A stretch of 64,000 nucleotides of DNA from the sequence record PP582757.1; one strand, written 5' to 3'. Below the pieces are notes generated by a model. That model saw only the letters and a list, made by a program, of their open reading frames with translations. It was not told the origin of the DNA and did no database searches. The position numbers and the translations under genes are program-made. Shown in pieces: positions 19,191 to 27,833 of the stretch. The first letter of the stretch is position 1. Each line of letters opens with the position of its first letter. This stretch comes from Klebsiella phage vB_KM5a1-KLB31.

Positions 19191-20171
19191 TTATTTCAGA
19201 AGAGTTACTTCAGCAATCTCTTCCCAACCATTTGCATCGGTAGCGACGAAGTCAGCCAGGTAAAGCGCTGTACGTAAGGAAACGTTACGGAGTTTAGTAA
19301 CATTAGCCTTCATCCAGTTGAGTGCCATGGACGTCTGAGCGTCGCTTAAACCACGTTTCTGCATCATGTTGGTGTTCAAGATTACATCTTCAACGCGAAT
19401 CATGATTTCTTCGTTTGAGTGAACACCCAGGTCCAGATAAACTGAACGTGATACAAGAGCATGAAGGTGTGGAGCAAGTTTAGAACCACGTTCTAATTCT
19501 TTATCGATATCAACGTTAGTGATGAAAACGATAGTACCTTCAAACTCGAATTCTTTATCGATGTTTTTGTCATCGAGGTAAGAAGAAGCAGTGCTCCAGC
19601 AAACTTTACGAGTTTCGCCTGTATCGAGTGCTGCTTTCAGGAGGTTAAGCATATCCATATCAGAGAATACGTCAACATCATCAATAAGCAGAACGCTGTT
19701 TGCATCACGGTTGTTCCAAAGCTGCTCATAAAGACCGATACCTGAGATTTTACCGTTGATGCTTTTATAAACGATTTCACCATATTCATGAGAAGTTTTC
19801 AGGGCTTTATCCAAGCTGTAAGTTTTACCAATACCTGCGGCACCAGAGATGATTAAAGAACGGATGTTGCCAGAGATAATACCTTTGGTCATCATGTTCA
19901 TAACTGTGAAGCGTTTGTTGATACGCTGTTTCATTTCTTCGACTGACTCAACTGTAGCCAGTAGAGAAACCTCCATACCTTCCATTTCGATATCAGATTT
20001 GAACACCCATACACCACGTTCTTTGCCATCAACTTGGATGAACACTTTACCATCACCAAGGTGTGCTTCATGAGCAGGAACAACATCTGGGAACCAAGTC
20101 TTGGTTGCAACGAATTTACCAGAGATGTCGTTACCGCGGAAAGTACCTTTGTTGATTTGAACGTTGAACAT
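19191..20171 (-). CDS. AAA+ ATPase with DnaA/DnaC/IstB-like Walker B and a novel ~100 aa N-terminal domain
   Basis: Walker A ISGAAGIGKTY; Walker B SVLLIDDVDVF, which is the hhhhDDhD form typical of the DnaA/DnaC/IstB clade; a helical C-terminal domain. Confidence 0.6.
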   Translation of the reverse strand: MFNVQINKGTFRGNDISGKFVATKTWFPDVVPAHEAHLGDGKVFIQVDGKERGVWVFKSDIEMEGMEVSLLATVESVEEMKQRINKRFTVMNMMTKGIISGNIRSLIISGAAGIGKTYSLDKALKTSHEYGEIVYKSINGKISGIGLYEQLWNNRDANSVLLIDDVDVFSDMDMLNLLKAALDTGETRKVCWSTASSYLDDKNIDKEFEFEGTIVFITNVDIDKELERGSKLAPHLHALVSRSVYLDLGVHSNEEIMIRVEDVILNTNMMQKRGLSDAQTSMALNWMKANVTKLRNVSLRTALYLADFVATDANGWEEIAEVTLLK

Positions 20172-20243
20172 TTTATTCTCCAGTGGTTTTCAGTATTTGT
20201 TTCGATGCAGCTATAATAACATGTTGAAAGCAGATGTAAACAC

Positions 20244-20666
20244 TTATTTGCAAAGATTCCACTGAATCAGAGTATATTTTTCATTGTAGCCATCTTTAAT
20301 CATCATTGCAGCAAACTCTTCAAAGTTGTTAGAAGCATTGAAGAACGCTACAGCTTTCTTAGTAGGCTTTGCAACACGCTTTTCAGTTTTTGCAACTTTA
20401 ACTTCTTCAACAACTGGCGCTGCTTCAACGATATCGCAAGAACCATCTGAGTAGCGAGCCCATACTTCGTTACCAACTTTAAACATTGCTGCTTTACGAC
20501 CATTTGGCATTTCAACCATTTTGCCTTTCAGCTTAGTCACTTCAGTGATAACCTGATCGCCATATTCTTCATAACGATCTTTAGAAGTAACACCATCAGT
20601 AGAAGCAATCATTGGGAAGTTGAAGTGGTAATAAGCAAAGTTACGAATCGCGTAGTAAGTTTTCAT
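20244..20666 (-). CDS. Hypothetical protein
   Basis: 140 aa. Confidence 0.45.
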   Translation of the reverse strand: MKTYYAIRNFAYYHFNFPMIASTDGVTSKDRYEEYGDQVITEVTKLKGKMVEMPNGRKAAMFKVGNEVWARYSDGSCDIVEAAPVVEEVKVAKTEKRVAKPTKKAVAFFNASNNFEEFAAMMIKDGYNEKYTLIQWNLCK

Positions 20667-20751
20667 TTTATATCTCCGTTTAATTTGTTTCAGTTCGTTT
20701 AGCTGATAGGTCTATAGTAACCTGCCTTAAAGCATATGTAAACTGGAAAGT

Positions 20752-20759
20752 TATAAATA
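20752..20759 (+). promoter_or_regulatory. T4-type late promoter TATAAATA
   Basis: An exact TATAAATA octamer lies 26 nt upstream of the AAGGAG RBS and ATG of the collagen-like gene. Confidence 0.7.
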
Positions 20760-20784
20760 ATTTAGGCCTAAATAAGGAGATTTT

Positions 20785-21558
20785 ATGTTAATTGCTGCAG
20801 ACTCTATAGAAAGCCTGAACACTAAGATTCAAGAGAAGATAGCTGATGGGATGTATTTGTTTGGAGCACCAACTATTCTACCATCTACACAGTTTGATTC
20901 TGATAGATATTTTCAGTTGATGTCTGACACAAGAGATACTGTACCAGGCCCGCCAGGTGCTAAAGGGGATAAAGGAGATACTGGAGCCGATTCTACTGTT
21001 CCGGGTCCTCCAGGTGCAAAAGGAGATACAGGCGCTGCAGGACTTTCTGCTTATCAAACATGGCTTAATCTCGGGCATACTGGTACTGAACAAGATTTCT
21101 TAAATTCCATAGCAGGAACAAGACAAAAATCTGAAGCGTTTTGGACCGGGTTGTCTATAGCATTGACTGCAGGAACTACTTACAATCTGATAAACATTTT
21201 GAAAGGAACACCTACTACTGCAGGTCAATTAGCTCCATTCTTTAGAATTGCTGATAATAAATTATGGCCATTCAACTCTGACACCACAATGACATTTAAG
21301 CTTAACGTAACAGGTGTTTTTACCGGTGTGAGTCAAGCCCGTAGTCTGACAATTAACTTTGTTGGGACCAACGGTAACACTTTAGTTCAAAACCGTCCTG
21401 AAAATGCTATAGACACTATGTCATTTGCCACATTCTTTAGTGTAGACAAGAATGGACAAATGGCAACTAATGGTTCTGTTATCGATATAATCGCCAATGG
21501 AGGTGTGTTCACCATTAACAGTGTTCTTTTAGTAGCAGAACAAGTAGTGAAGTCTTAA
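20785..21558 (+). CDS. Collagen-like repeat protein (late-expressed, probably virion-associated)
   Basis: VPGPPGAKGDKGDTGADSTVPGPPGAKGDTGAAGLSAYQTW contains two runs of G-X-Y triplets. The C-terminal region is Thr/Asn/Gly-rich and beta-type. This is the only plus-strand gene within ~50 kb of minus-strand genes, and it is flanked by a late promoter and a terminator hairpin. Confidence 0.75.
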   Translation: MLIAADSIESLNTKIQEKIADGMYLFGAPTILPSTQFDSDRYFQLMSDTRDTVPGPPGAKGDKGDTGADSTVPGPPGAKGDTGAAGLSAYQTWLNLGHTGTEQDFLNSIAGTRQKSEAFWTGLSIALTAGTTYNLINILKGTPTTAGQLAPFFRIADNKLWPFNSDTTMTFKLNVTGVFTGVSQARSLTINFVGTNGNTLVQNRPENAIDTMSFATFFSVDKNGQMATNGSVIDIIANGGVFTINSVLLVAEQVVKS

Positions 21559-21564
21559 TGCCCA

Positions 21565-21586
21565 AAAGGGACCGTAAGGTCCCTTT
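21565..21586. terminator. Bidirectional hairpin (GGGACC-GUAA-GGUCCC on the plus RNA)
   Basis: AAAGGGACCGTAAGGTCCCTTT is a perfect inverted repeat followed by a T-run. Confidence 0.65.
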
Positions 21587-21587
21587 A

Positions 21588-21836
21588 TTATTTGTTAATC
21601 TGATTTTCGGCGATACGTGCCGGGAACTGAGCAACCCACTTCAGCAAAGACCATAATCCACCAATAATGAACAGTGGGAGCCATAAGATAAAGTAGAACC
21701 AGTAATCAGAAACAGATTCGATAGTATTGTTCTTGATGAATGCTTTGCACACCAAGAATCCGAGTGCAAAATAAACCAACCCAATAAAGATAGGCATAAT
21801 CCACCATAGTTGTGCTAATAGTAAAGTCATAATCAC
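21588..21836 (-). CDS. Small multi-pass membrane protein (last gene of the nucleotidyltransferase cassette)
   Basis: 82 aa with two or three hydrophobic helices (LLLAQLWWIMPIFIGLVYFALGFLV ... FYFILWLPLFIIGGLWSLL). Confidence 0.5.
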   Translation of the reverse strand: MIMTLLLAQLWWIMPIFIGLVYFALGFLVCKAFIKNNTIESVSDYWFYFILWLPLFIIGGLWSLLKWVAQFPARIAENQINK

Positions 21837-22843
21837 CTGTAATAAGAGTTATGGTTCGCCAAATAAACCTCTTCGAGGAACTTGTTCCAGAAGCTCATAT
21901 CAACTTCTTTACGCATACCATTCTTTTCTGCATTCACAGCCAACAGTTCTACTATATCAACTGTATCTTCCAGCAATTCTTGAACTTCTTTGAATGGAAG
22001 AGCACCAGACTTAATCAGTCGCACCATTCCGGCTTCACGCAGTGGGAATACCAAGTCGCCAGTAGAATAGATTTCTTTCAGCTGAATACCTGCACGATAA
22101 GCATGACTCAGAGCTTTCCAATCCACACCTTCATTAGCTTCTGCCTTACGAGCACGTTCACCATATTCGGCTTCAAGCTTAGTCAAACTGTATTTAATTT
22201 CAGCAATAGTGATTGTGTCCTGGAATTTACGACCCAATACATTATAGAAATGTTGAACACCCATTTTGGAATCAACATCGTCTTTCCAGAATAAGAATTC
22301 ACTTGTCGGTAAAAGATGAGCAATTTCACCCAGCTTCCAACGTTGGTTGTGGGCCTTATCTTTAGGACGATCTTCATATTTCCATTCAGGATATTCGTTC
22401 AGAATATTGAGAATGATTTTCAGGTCTGCCAGACGTGAACCTTTGACACCATATTTCGCAGCCTGTTTACGGACATAACCCAGATAAGATTTCATGTCAG
22501 TAGTATAGAAGCGTTCACGGTTATCTTGGATGAATTTCCATACATCAGCCAGGTCGGATTTAACAACCAGTTCGGCTGGGGTGTGAATCATATCAAGAGC
22601 AACAGTTTCTCCTGACTGAGCAAGCTCTAACCAATACTTCAGAGAATAAAGCTCATGGTCGACATCATCATGGCCATTCTTAGAAGCAGTATTGTTGGTG
22701 TTCATGTTGGTATGGTTCATTGCACGACCCATGAGAATATCTTTTGGGTGTGGAACGAAGATTTCTTTGAAATCTGTGTCACTTTCAGGTGTTGACGTAC
22801 CATATAAATGGCTTCCGAAGAAGCCTTTCATAACTGTTTTCAT
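21833..22843 (-). CDS. Pol-beta-superfamily nucleotidyltransferase with a large helical C-terminal domain
   Basis: The N-terminus GFFGSHLYGTSTPESDTDF fits the G-S-x(9-13)-D-x-D minimal-NTase signature; a candidate third acidic residue is VALDMIH. The product is 336 aa. Confidence 0.6.
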   Translation of the reverse strand: MKTVMKGFFGSHLYGTSTPESDTDFKEIFVPHPKDILMGRAMNHTNMNTNNTASKNGHDDVDHELYSLKYWLELAQSGETVALDMIHTPAELVVKSDLADVWKFIQDNRERFYTTDMKSYLGYVRKQAAKYGVKGSRLADLKIILNILNEYPEWKYEDRPKDKAHNQRWKLGEIAHLLPTSEFLFWKDDVDSKMGVQHFYNVLGRKFQDTITIAEIKYSLTKLEAEYGERARKAEANEGVDWKALSHAYRAGIQLKEIYSTGDLVFPLREAGMVRLIKSGALPFKEVQELLEDTVDIVELLAVNAEKNGMRKEVDMSFWNKFLEEVYLANHNSYYR

Positions 22844-23379
22844 CGTGTAGGATTACCCCATTCAAAACCACGGAATGTGCGAATCAGAACATCATCGTTC
22901 AGGTTAACTACAAGACCCGCGCCAGATACGGTATCTTCCATGAACATTGTACCACCATTACCGGCAATAGCAAGTACTTTAAATTCACGGTCGTGTTTAC
23001 CGAAGATATCACCAACTTCGACCGGAACTTTCTTAATAGTCTTTTCGTCGGTCCAGTAATTCAGCTCATCGGCCTGAGAAGTATGAAGCTTTTCTTGTTT
23101 GCCTTGAGACATCACAGTGGCTTCTTTTACTTTATAGACACCAACTTGGTCTTCAGAATACACAACCAGTTCAATCAGAGTACGATTAGAATAAATTTTC
23201 AGTTGAGTACGGTTTTTATTATTACCATCAATAAAGATGTTATGAGCACCATGAGCCAGAGAAATGAAGTCTACAATACCGTCAATACGACGACCATTCT
23301 CGAGATGAATTTCTAAAGAACGGCCCACTTCTAGGGCCTTTTTATTACGATCTTCGACTTTAGTTTGTTTAATGAACAT
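22840..23379 (-). CDS. Hypothetical protein, translationally coupled to the nucleotidyltransferase
   Basis: 179 aa; its stop overlaps the NTase start. Confidence 0.5.
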   Translation of the reverse strand: MFIKQTKVEDRNKKALEVGRSLEIHLENGRRIDGIVDFISLAHGAHNIFIDGNNKNRTQLKIYSNRTLIELVVYSEDQVGVYKVKEATVMSQGKQEKLHTSQADELNYWTDEKTIKKVPVEVGDIFGKHDREFKVLAIAGNGGTMFMEDTVSGAGLVVNLNDDVLIRTFRGFEWGNPTR

Positions 23380-23382
23380 GGC

Positions 23383-23871
23383 TTATTCCTTTTCTTCTGT
23401 TTTTGTGAAATTCAGAGTAGGACAGAATTTATCGTGCTTAGCTTTAACAAAGGCCCATACAATATTAGGCTGTTTCGGTTCGATACCATTTGCACGATCA
23501 ATTTCAGCCTGTCGTTCACGTTCTACTGCTTTATCATACTTGCGATCAGACCACCATTCAGAAATACGCTGCCATACCCATACACCGCCAAACACCACAG
23601 CACATGCACCAGCCAGAATTACAGCCAGGAACAGAATAGAACCAAAGAAGCTTGCTACATAAGCCCAAACACCTGTTGCACCCCAGGCAATCATTGGAGC
23701 AAGCATCATATTAGACAGCATAATAGTCAAACCAGTACCTACAGCGCTCAAGAATAGAACACGATAAATTACGGCACGTACATAAGGACAAAGTGAACGT
23801 GGAACACCTTTAGAAGAGGTGAAAGTGTTTTTAACGAGTTTGTAGTGCCAAGAATTTACATTGATATTCAT
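23383..23871 (-). CDS. Multi-pass membrane protein
   Basis: 162 aa with at least 3 TM segments (VIYRVLFLSAVGTGLTIMLSNMMLAPMIAWGATGVWAYVASFFGSILFLAVILAGACAVVFGGVWV). Confidence 0.5.
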   Translation of the reverse strand: MNINVNSWHYKLVKNTFTSSKGVPRSLCPYVRAVIYRVLFLSAVGTGLTIMLSNMMLAPMIAWGATGVWAYVASFFGSILFLAVILAGACAVVFGGVWVWQRISEWWSDRKYDKAVERERQAEIDRANGIEPKQPNIVWAFVKAKHDKFCPTLNFTKTEEKE

Positions 23872-23892
23872 TTTATTTTATTTCCTTTCAAA

Positions 23893-24108
23893 TTAAAGAG
23901 TAGAAGTTACTTGAACCAGATAATCACGCAGAGCCATAATATCACGCTTATCTAAAGCAATAATATCGGTGCCCTGTTTAATAGTCATAATAGCATTACG
24001 AGATGTATCATAAGTCTTTTTGATATTCAGACGGATATCATCGTCGCCGTCATCATTATGGATTGTTGCGCCATAGCCATAACCTTCATAGTTCAGACCA
24101 ACTTTCAT
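23893..24108 (-). CDS. Hypothetical protein
   Basis: 71 aa. Confidence 0.4.
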   Translation of the reverse strand: MKVGLNYEGYGYGATIHNDDGDDDIRLNIKKTYDTSRNAIMTIKQGTDIIALDKRDIMALRDYLVQVTSTL

Positions 24109-24383
24109 TTTAACTCACCTTTAGCCTTTGCTTCGTGGATTGCAGCCAGAACACTTGCATAGTTCTCCGGGTCGCTTTTACGTACGATAGACACGCTATA
24201 AGGCATACTATCATGGTCTTTGATGAAACGTTCTAACTGACATGTCAGAAGAACTTCAGGGTGAAATAGAGTGTACATCAGGTTGCCTGTTGCGGCCCTG
24301 TATTGACAAATCTCTACGGATTGTTTACCTTCCCACTGACGTGTCAGGACTAAATCGCCTACTTCAAGTTTTGGAAAACCCAT
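24105..24383 (-). CDS. Hypothetical protein
   Basis: 92 aa. Confidence 0.4.
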   Translation of the reverse strand: MGFPKLEVGDLVLTRQWEGKQSVEICQYRAATGNLMYTLFHPEVLLTCQLERFIKDHDSMPYSVSIVRKSDPENYASVLAAIHEAKAKGELK

Positions 24384-24445
24384 TTCAATTTCCTCTCGTT
24401 TGTCTGTAGGAGTATAATAACACGTCCTACAGACGTTGTAAACAC

Positions 24446-24661
24446 TTAGCGATTGTGCTTAAGGATTGAATACAACTGTTCAAGTTGATTCCAATCTAGT
24501 ACGATGCAACTATCACCTTGAGTGAAGATGACCCCATTTTTAACGCTCTCACATTCACACAGCTTAAAATTAAAATTAGAATCAGGTTCTAAAGCAATCG
24601 CGCCGTTTTTAGAACTACCATATGGATCGTATAACATTATCTCATGCTCCTGTGCCAGCAA
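24446..24661 (-). CDS. Hypothetical protein
   Basis: 71 aa. Confidence 0.4.
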   Translation of the reverse strand: MLAQEHEIMLYDPYGSSKNGAIALEPDSNFNFKLCECESVKNGVIFTQGDSCIVLDWNQLEQLYSILKHNR

Positions 24662-24894
24662 TTACGTGGCTCACGTTTAAAAATTTCATCATGCATTGAT
24701 TGACACTTCACACAATACATGACGCCTTTTACCGCTAAACGTCGTGCTTCTGGAATCTTTTCATCACATTCATAGCAGAATTCCAGAGATTCACGATGTT
24801 CGTTAATTTGGCTTCGAGCATGAACTACTGCAGCCTGTACGACCGCAGCAATTTCATCCTGTTCAGCACCATCTTTAGCAAATCCTACGGCCAT
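24637..24894 (-). CDS. DksA/TraR-type C4 zinc-finger protein
   Basis: CYECDEKIPEARRLAVKGVMYCVKCQ has the Cys-x2-Cys-x17-Cys-x2-Cys spacing. Confidence 0.55.
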   Translation of the reverse strand: MAVGFAKDGAEQDEIAAVVQAAVVHARSQINEHRESLEFCYECDEKIPEARRLAVKGVMYCVKCQSMHDEIFKREPRNCWHRSMR

Positions 24895-25127
24895 TAGAGC
24901 TCCGGGAAACTGTTCAGAAGTTGTTTGAATCGAGACAGTTCGTCAAGTTTCATTTGACCACCACCAAAAGAAGACATACCATTGAATTTGAAAGAAGCAC
25001 CGATAGCACGTCCTTCATGAATATCCATGGTAAGCAAGGTGTTGTCATGGCCATTGTTGTACTCGATAGAGCGAGTTACACTGATATGGTTTCCACCATG
25101 TTCTGCAATACGTTCGATAATTTCCAT
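24894..25127 (-). CDS. Hypothetical protein
   Basis: 77 aa. Confidence 0.4.
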   Translation of the reverse strand: MEIIERIAEHGGNHISVTRSIEYNNGHDNTLLTMDIHEGRAIGASFKFNGMSSFGGGQMKLDELSRFKQLLNSFPEL

Positions 25128-25299
25128 TAGAGCCTCTCTATCATATCATGAAGACGTTGTTTCGCTTCAGCCATTTTCTCTTCGTGCTTTTTGGCCGTAC
25201 CATGGCCTTGCCAGCCTGCACCAAACTTAACCGATGCTTCTTGAAGCTCATAGACAAGTTTAATGAGCTCGACTTTAACATTAGTAGGAACCATGTTCA

Positions 25300-25569
25300 T
25301 TATGCAATCCAGTCTTCAATAGCTTTAACCAGACGAAGTGCTTCACCGCTACGCAGCCAATGATACTCTTCATCGATAAGAAGCAGTTTAGTACCGAGTG
25401 AAGCAGAAGTTTCCAGCCAGAAGCTGTAAGGAGCATTCACTGAATCATTATCAATGCAAATACCTATTTCGCCGATAGCAGGAATGTACTTCAGGTTAAA
25501 AGTGACTTCGTCACCATCTTTATGAACGAGTTTGATTTCGCCAAAGCTACGAGACATTTGAATACTCAT
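25300..25569 (-). CDS. Hypothetical protein
   Basis: 89 aa. Confidence 0.4.
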   Translation of the reverse strand: MSIQMSRSFGEIKLVHKDGDEVTFNLKYIPAIGEIGICIDNDSVNAPYSFWLETSASLGTKLLLIDEEYHWLRSGEALRLVKAIEDWIA

Positions 25570-25644
25570 TTCTTTACTCCAGTTCGTTAGTGTAGGAACA
25601 TCTTAACACGAACAAAACTGGATGTAAACACTAAAACGAAAAAA

Positions 25645-25666
25645 GGGTCCCACCGAAGTAGGACCC
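25645..25666 (-). terminator. Long hairpin with a UUCG tetraloop on the minus RNA
   Basis: GGGTCCCACCGAAGTAGGACCC; the minus RNA reads GGGUCCUAC-UUCG-GUGGGACCC. Confidence 0.55.
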
Positions 25667-25671
25667 TGTAA

Positions 25672-26055
25672 TTATTCTAACGTTAACAGATACTTAGTCT
25701 GGTAGGCAAGACCAGAAATTTCATCTAGGACGGCTTGGATAGCACGTGGACATACTGAGTATGCTGCATTAGTTCTTTCTATAACTGCATCCAGGAAAGC
25801 AATTGTGTCTTTAGGCATCTGTCCCATATCAGGCAGATTTGCGGTGTATGGTTGACCACTATAACCTAACCATTGCTCACTGAATGTATCAGTAAGGTCT
25901 CTGATACCGTTATAATAAAAATCATAAGCTTTGTGTCGAGCGTAACTTTTGGTTTCAAGATGGGCTGACTTAATATAAGCTGACGAGGCTAAAAGCCAAC
26001 CAATGTACTCGTCAATTTTATTGCCAGGTCCTTTAACAAAGTCGTTAAATGTCAT
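25672..26055 (-). CDS. Hypothetical protein
   Basis: 127 aa. Confidence 0.45.
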   Translation of the reverse strand: MTFNDFVKGPGNKIDEYIGWLLASSAYIKSAHLETKSYARHKAYDFYYNGIRDLTDTFSEQWLGYSGQPYTANLPDMGQMPKDTIAFLDAVIERTNAAYSVCPRAIQAVLDEISGLAYQTKYLLTLE

Positions 26056-26335
26056 TGTCTAACTTAACCTTATTTACCGTAGCATACGCAATCCCAGCAG
26101 ATTGGCCATCTAATGTACATTCGTTTGATAGACACGATTCATTATCGGCTTTCCATCTTTGATTAACAAATGATAGAAACTTCTGAGACTCTTTGACACT
26201 CGGCTCTTCAAACTGTTTGTAGATTTGTAAGGCACCCTCAACATAACTGTTGTAATCTCGTTCTGTTGCCTGTGCTACTGGGGTTATACAAACCCCGACC
26301 AAAATGGCGGTTGAACAAATCTTAATAAGGTCCAT
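26045..26335 (-). CDS. rI: Lysis-inhibition regulator RI-like periplasmic protein
   Basis: 96 aa with an N-terminal signal-anchor (LIKICSTAILVGVCITPVAQA). Its size, its position next to tk and its Cys pattern (W...C..NEC) resemble T4 RI. Confidence 0.55.
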   Translation of the reverse strand: MDLIKICSTAILVGVCITPVAQATERDYNSYVEGALQIYKQFEEPSVKESQKFLSFVNQRWKADNESCLSNECTLDGQSAGIAYATVNKVKLDNDI

Positions 26336-26345
26336 AATCGGACTC

Positions 26346-26564
26346 CTATTGATTTAAAACATTCCTTTTCGCTGTCAGGACAGCCTTAACTTTAGTGAGG
26401 TACTTTTCCAGTAAACGTTGATGTACGTAGTCGGCTTTGGCCCCATTCTGTTCAAAGGAATGTTTTGCTGAGCCGATAGAGGTACCAACTTCACGACGGA
26501 TTTCGTCGAGAGATTCAACGGACAGATTACGGAGTTGCTTTTCAGTCAAATACTGCATATACAC
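26346..26564 (-). CDS. Hypothetical protein
   Basis: 72 aa. Confidence 0.4.
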   Translation of the reverse strand: MYMQYLTEKQLRNLSVESLDEIRREVGTSIGSAKHSFEQNGAKADYVHQRLLEKYLTKVKAVLTAKRNVLNQ

Positions 26565-26619
26565 CTCTTAGTTAGTCATAGGTATTTATTATGAGGTACA
26601 AGTGTACCTCGATTTAGCT

Positions 26620-27003
26620 TTAGTCCCACAACATCAACGCAATACCTTTCTCGTTTTTACGAGCGGCCTTTTCGTCCCAGTTGTAGTCAGTGTCGCTTCT
26701 CAGCGAGTTTTTGATTTCCATCTTGTGGAATACACGTGGAATAGGTGAAGCATAGCGCATCCAGCGCAGAGTCTTCCAGAATGAATCACGATGACGTTCT
26801 TTCATCATAGAAGCAAGCTCTGATGGCCTTTCCTTGTTTTGTGCAATTTGCTTATCAACATATTTCTGTTGATGCTCTTTGTCTTTCTTGGTTTTAACGT
26901 ATTCGGTATAGCGTTTGATATAAGCGAATTCGTTATTTTTCTGGTCGTGCCACTTAGAAGAAGTAGTTACGTGCCAGCCTTTACGACGGATAGTTCTTGA
27001 CAT
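26620..27003 (-). CDS. Hypothetical basic protein
   Basis: 127 aa. Confidence 0.45.
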   Translation of the reverse strand: MSRTIRRKGWHVTTSSKWHDQKNNEFAYIKRYTEYVKTKKDKEHQQKYVDKQIAQNKERPSELASMMKERHRDSFWKTLRWMRYASPIPRVFHKMEIKNSLRSDTDYNWDEKAARKNEKGIALMLWD

Positions 27004-27060
27004 TTTATCACCTTTGAGTTAAGTAAGCTCAACGGTAATAGAATCCTGATTTGAAGAATT

Positions 27061-27639
27061 TCATACACCCACCAGTTCGCACCAATGTTTTCGACACAAC
27101 GAGACATATTTGTCTTCGCCACCCAACTCAACCTGAGCACCTTCGGTTACTGCAGAGCCATCTTCTCTGATACGTGCAACCATTGTAGCTTTACGTCCAC
27201 AATGACATACACCTTTCAATTCTACCAACTTATCGGCTACAGCAAGTAAAGCCTTAGAACCTTCAAAAAGATTGCCTTTGAAATCCGTACGTAAGCCGTA
27301 GCACATCACAGGCGTATTATAAAGGTCTACTATTTTACACAGTTGGAAGACTTGTTCAGATTCAAGGAACTGAGCCTCATCAATCATGACGCAATGAATA
27401 TCACGCTGTGTATGGGCCCATTTAAAGAATTCAAGAAGGTCCATACCAGGTTTAATGATATTTGCTTCCTGTTTCAGGCCGATACGAGATACAATTTCGG
27501 AGGATGAATCACGGTCGTCTATTGCAGGTTTCATTACTAAGGTGCCCATACCACGCTCTTTATAGTTATTAGCATGTGACAGCAAAGCCAGAGATTTACC
27601 GGCATTCATACTTGCGTAATGAAAATAAAGTTGTGACAT
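27061..27639 (-). CDS. tk: Thymidine kinase
   Basis: MSQLYFHYASMNAGKSLALL...VMIDEAQF...C-x2-C...C-x2-H carries the TK P-loop and a zinc ribbon. It is collinear with T4 Tk (193 aa). Confidence 0.93.
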   Translation of the reverse strand: MSQLYFHYASMNAGKSLALLSHANNYKERGMGTLVMKPAIDDRDSSSEIVSRIGLKQEANIIKPGMDLLEFFKWAHTQRDIHCVMIDEAQFLESEQVFQLCKIVDLYNTPVMCYGLRTDFKGNLFEGSKALLAVADKLVELKGVCHCGRKATMVARIREDGSAVTEGAQVELGGEDKYVSLCRKHWCELVGV

Positions 27640-27647
27640 AATGTTCC

Positions 27648-27833
27648 TTAAGCCATAATGCTTTCTAAATATTGTTCTAATGCGATACGTGAATCTTCTA
27701 AATCACGTTCGGCTTCTGCTTTAGCAGAACGAGAAGATGACCAGGAAGATTGTTCCCATGCATCAGCGGCAGCCATGATACGCATCTCGTCCGCCAAGTA
27801 GAAAATATGTTCTTTCTGCTCTTTAGTAATCAT
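27648..27833 (-). CDS. Hypothetical protein (tk.x)
   Basis: 61 aa. Confidence 0.35.
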   Translation of the reverse strand: MITKEQKEHIFYLADEMRIMAAADAWEQSSWSSSRSAKAEAERDLEDSRIALEQYLESIMA

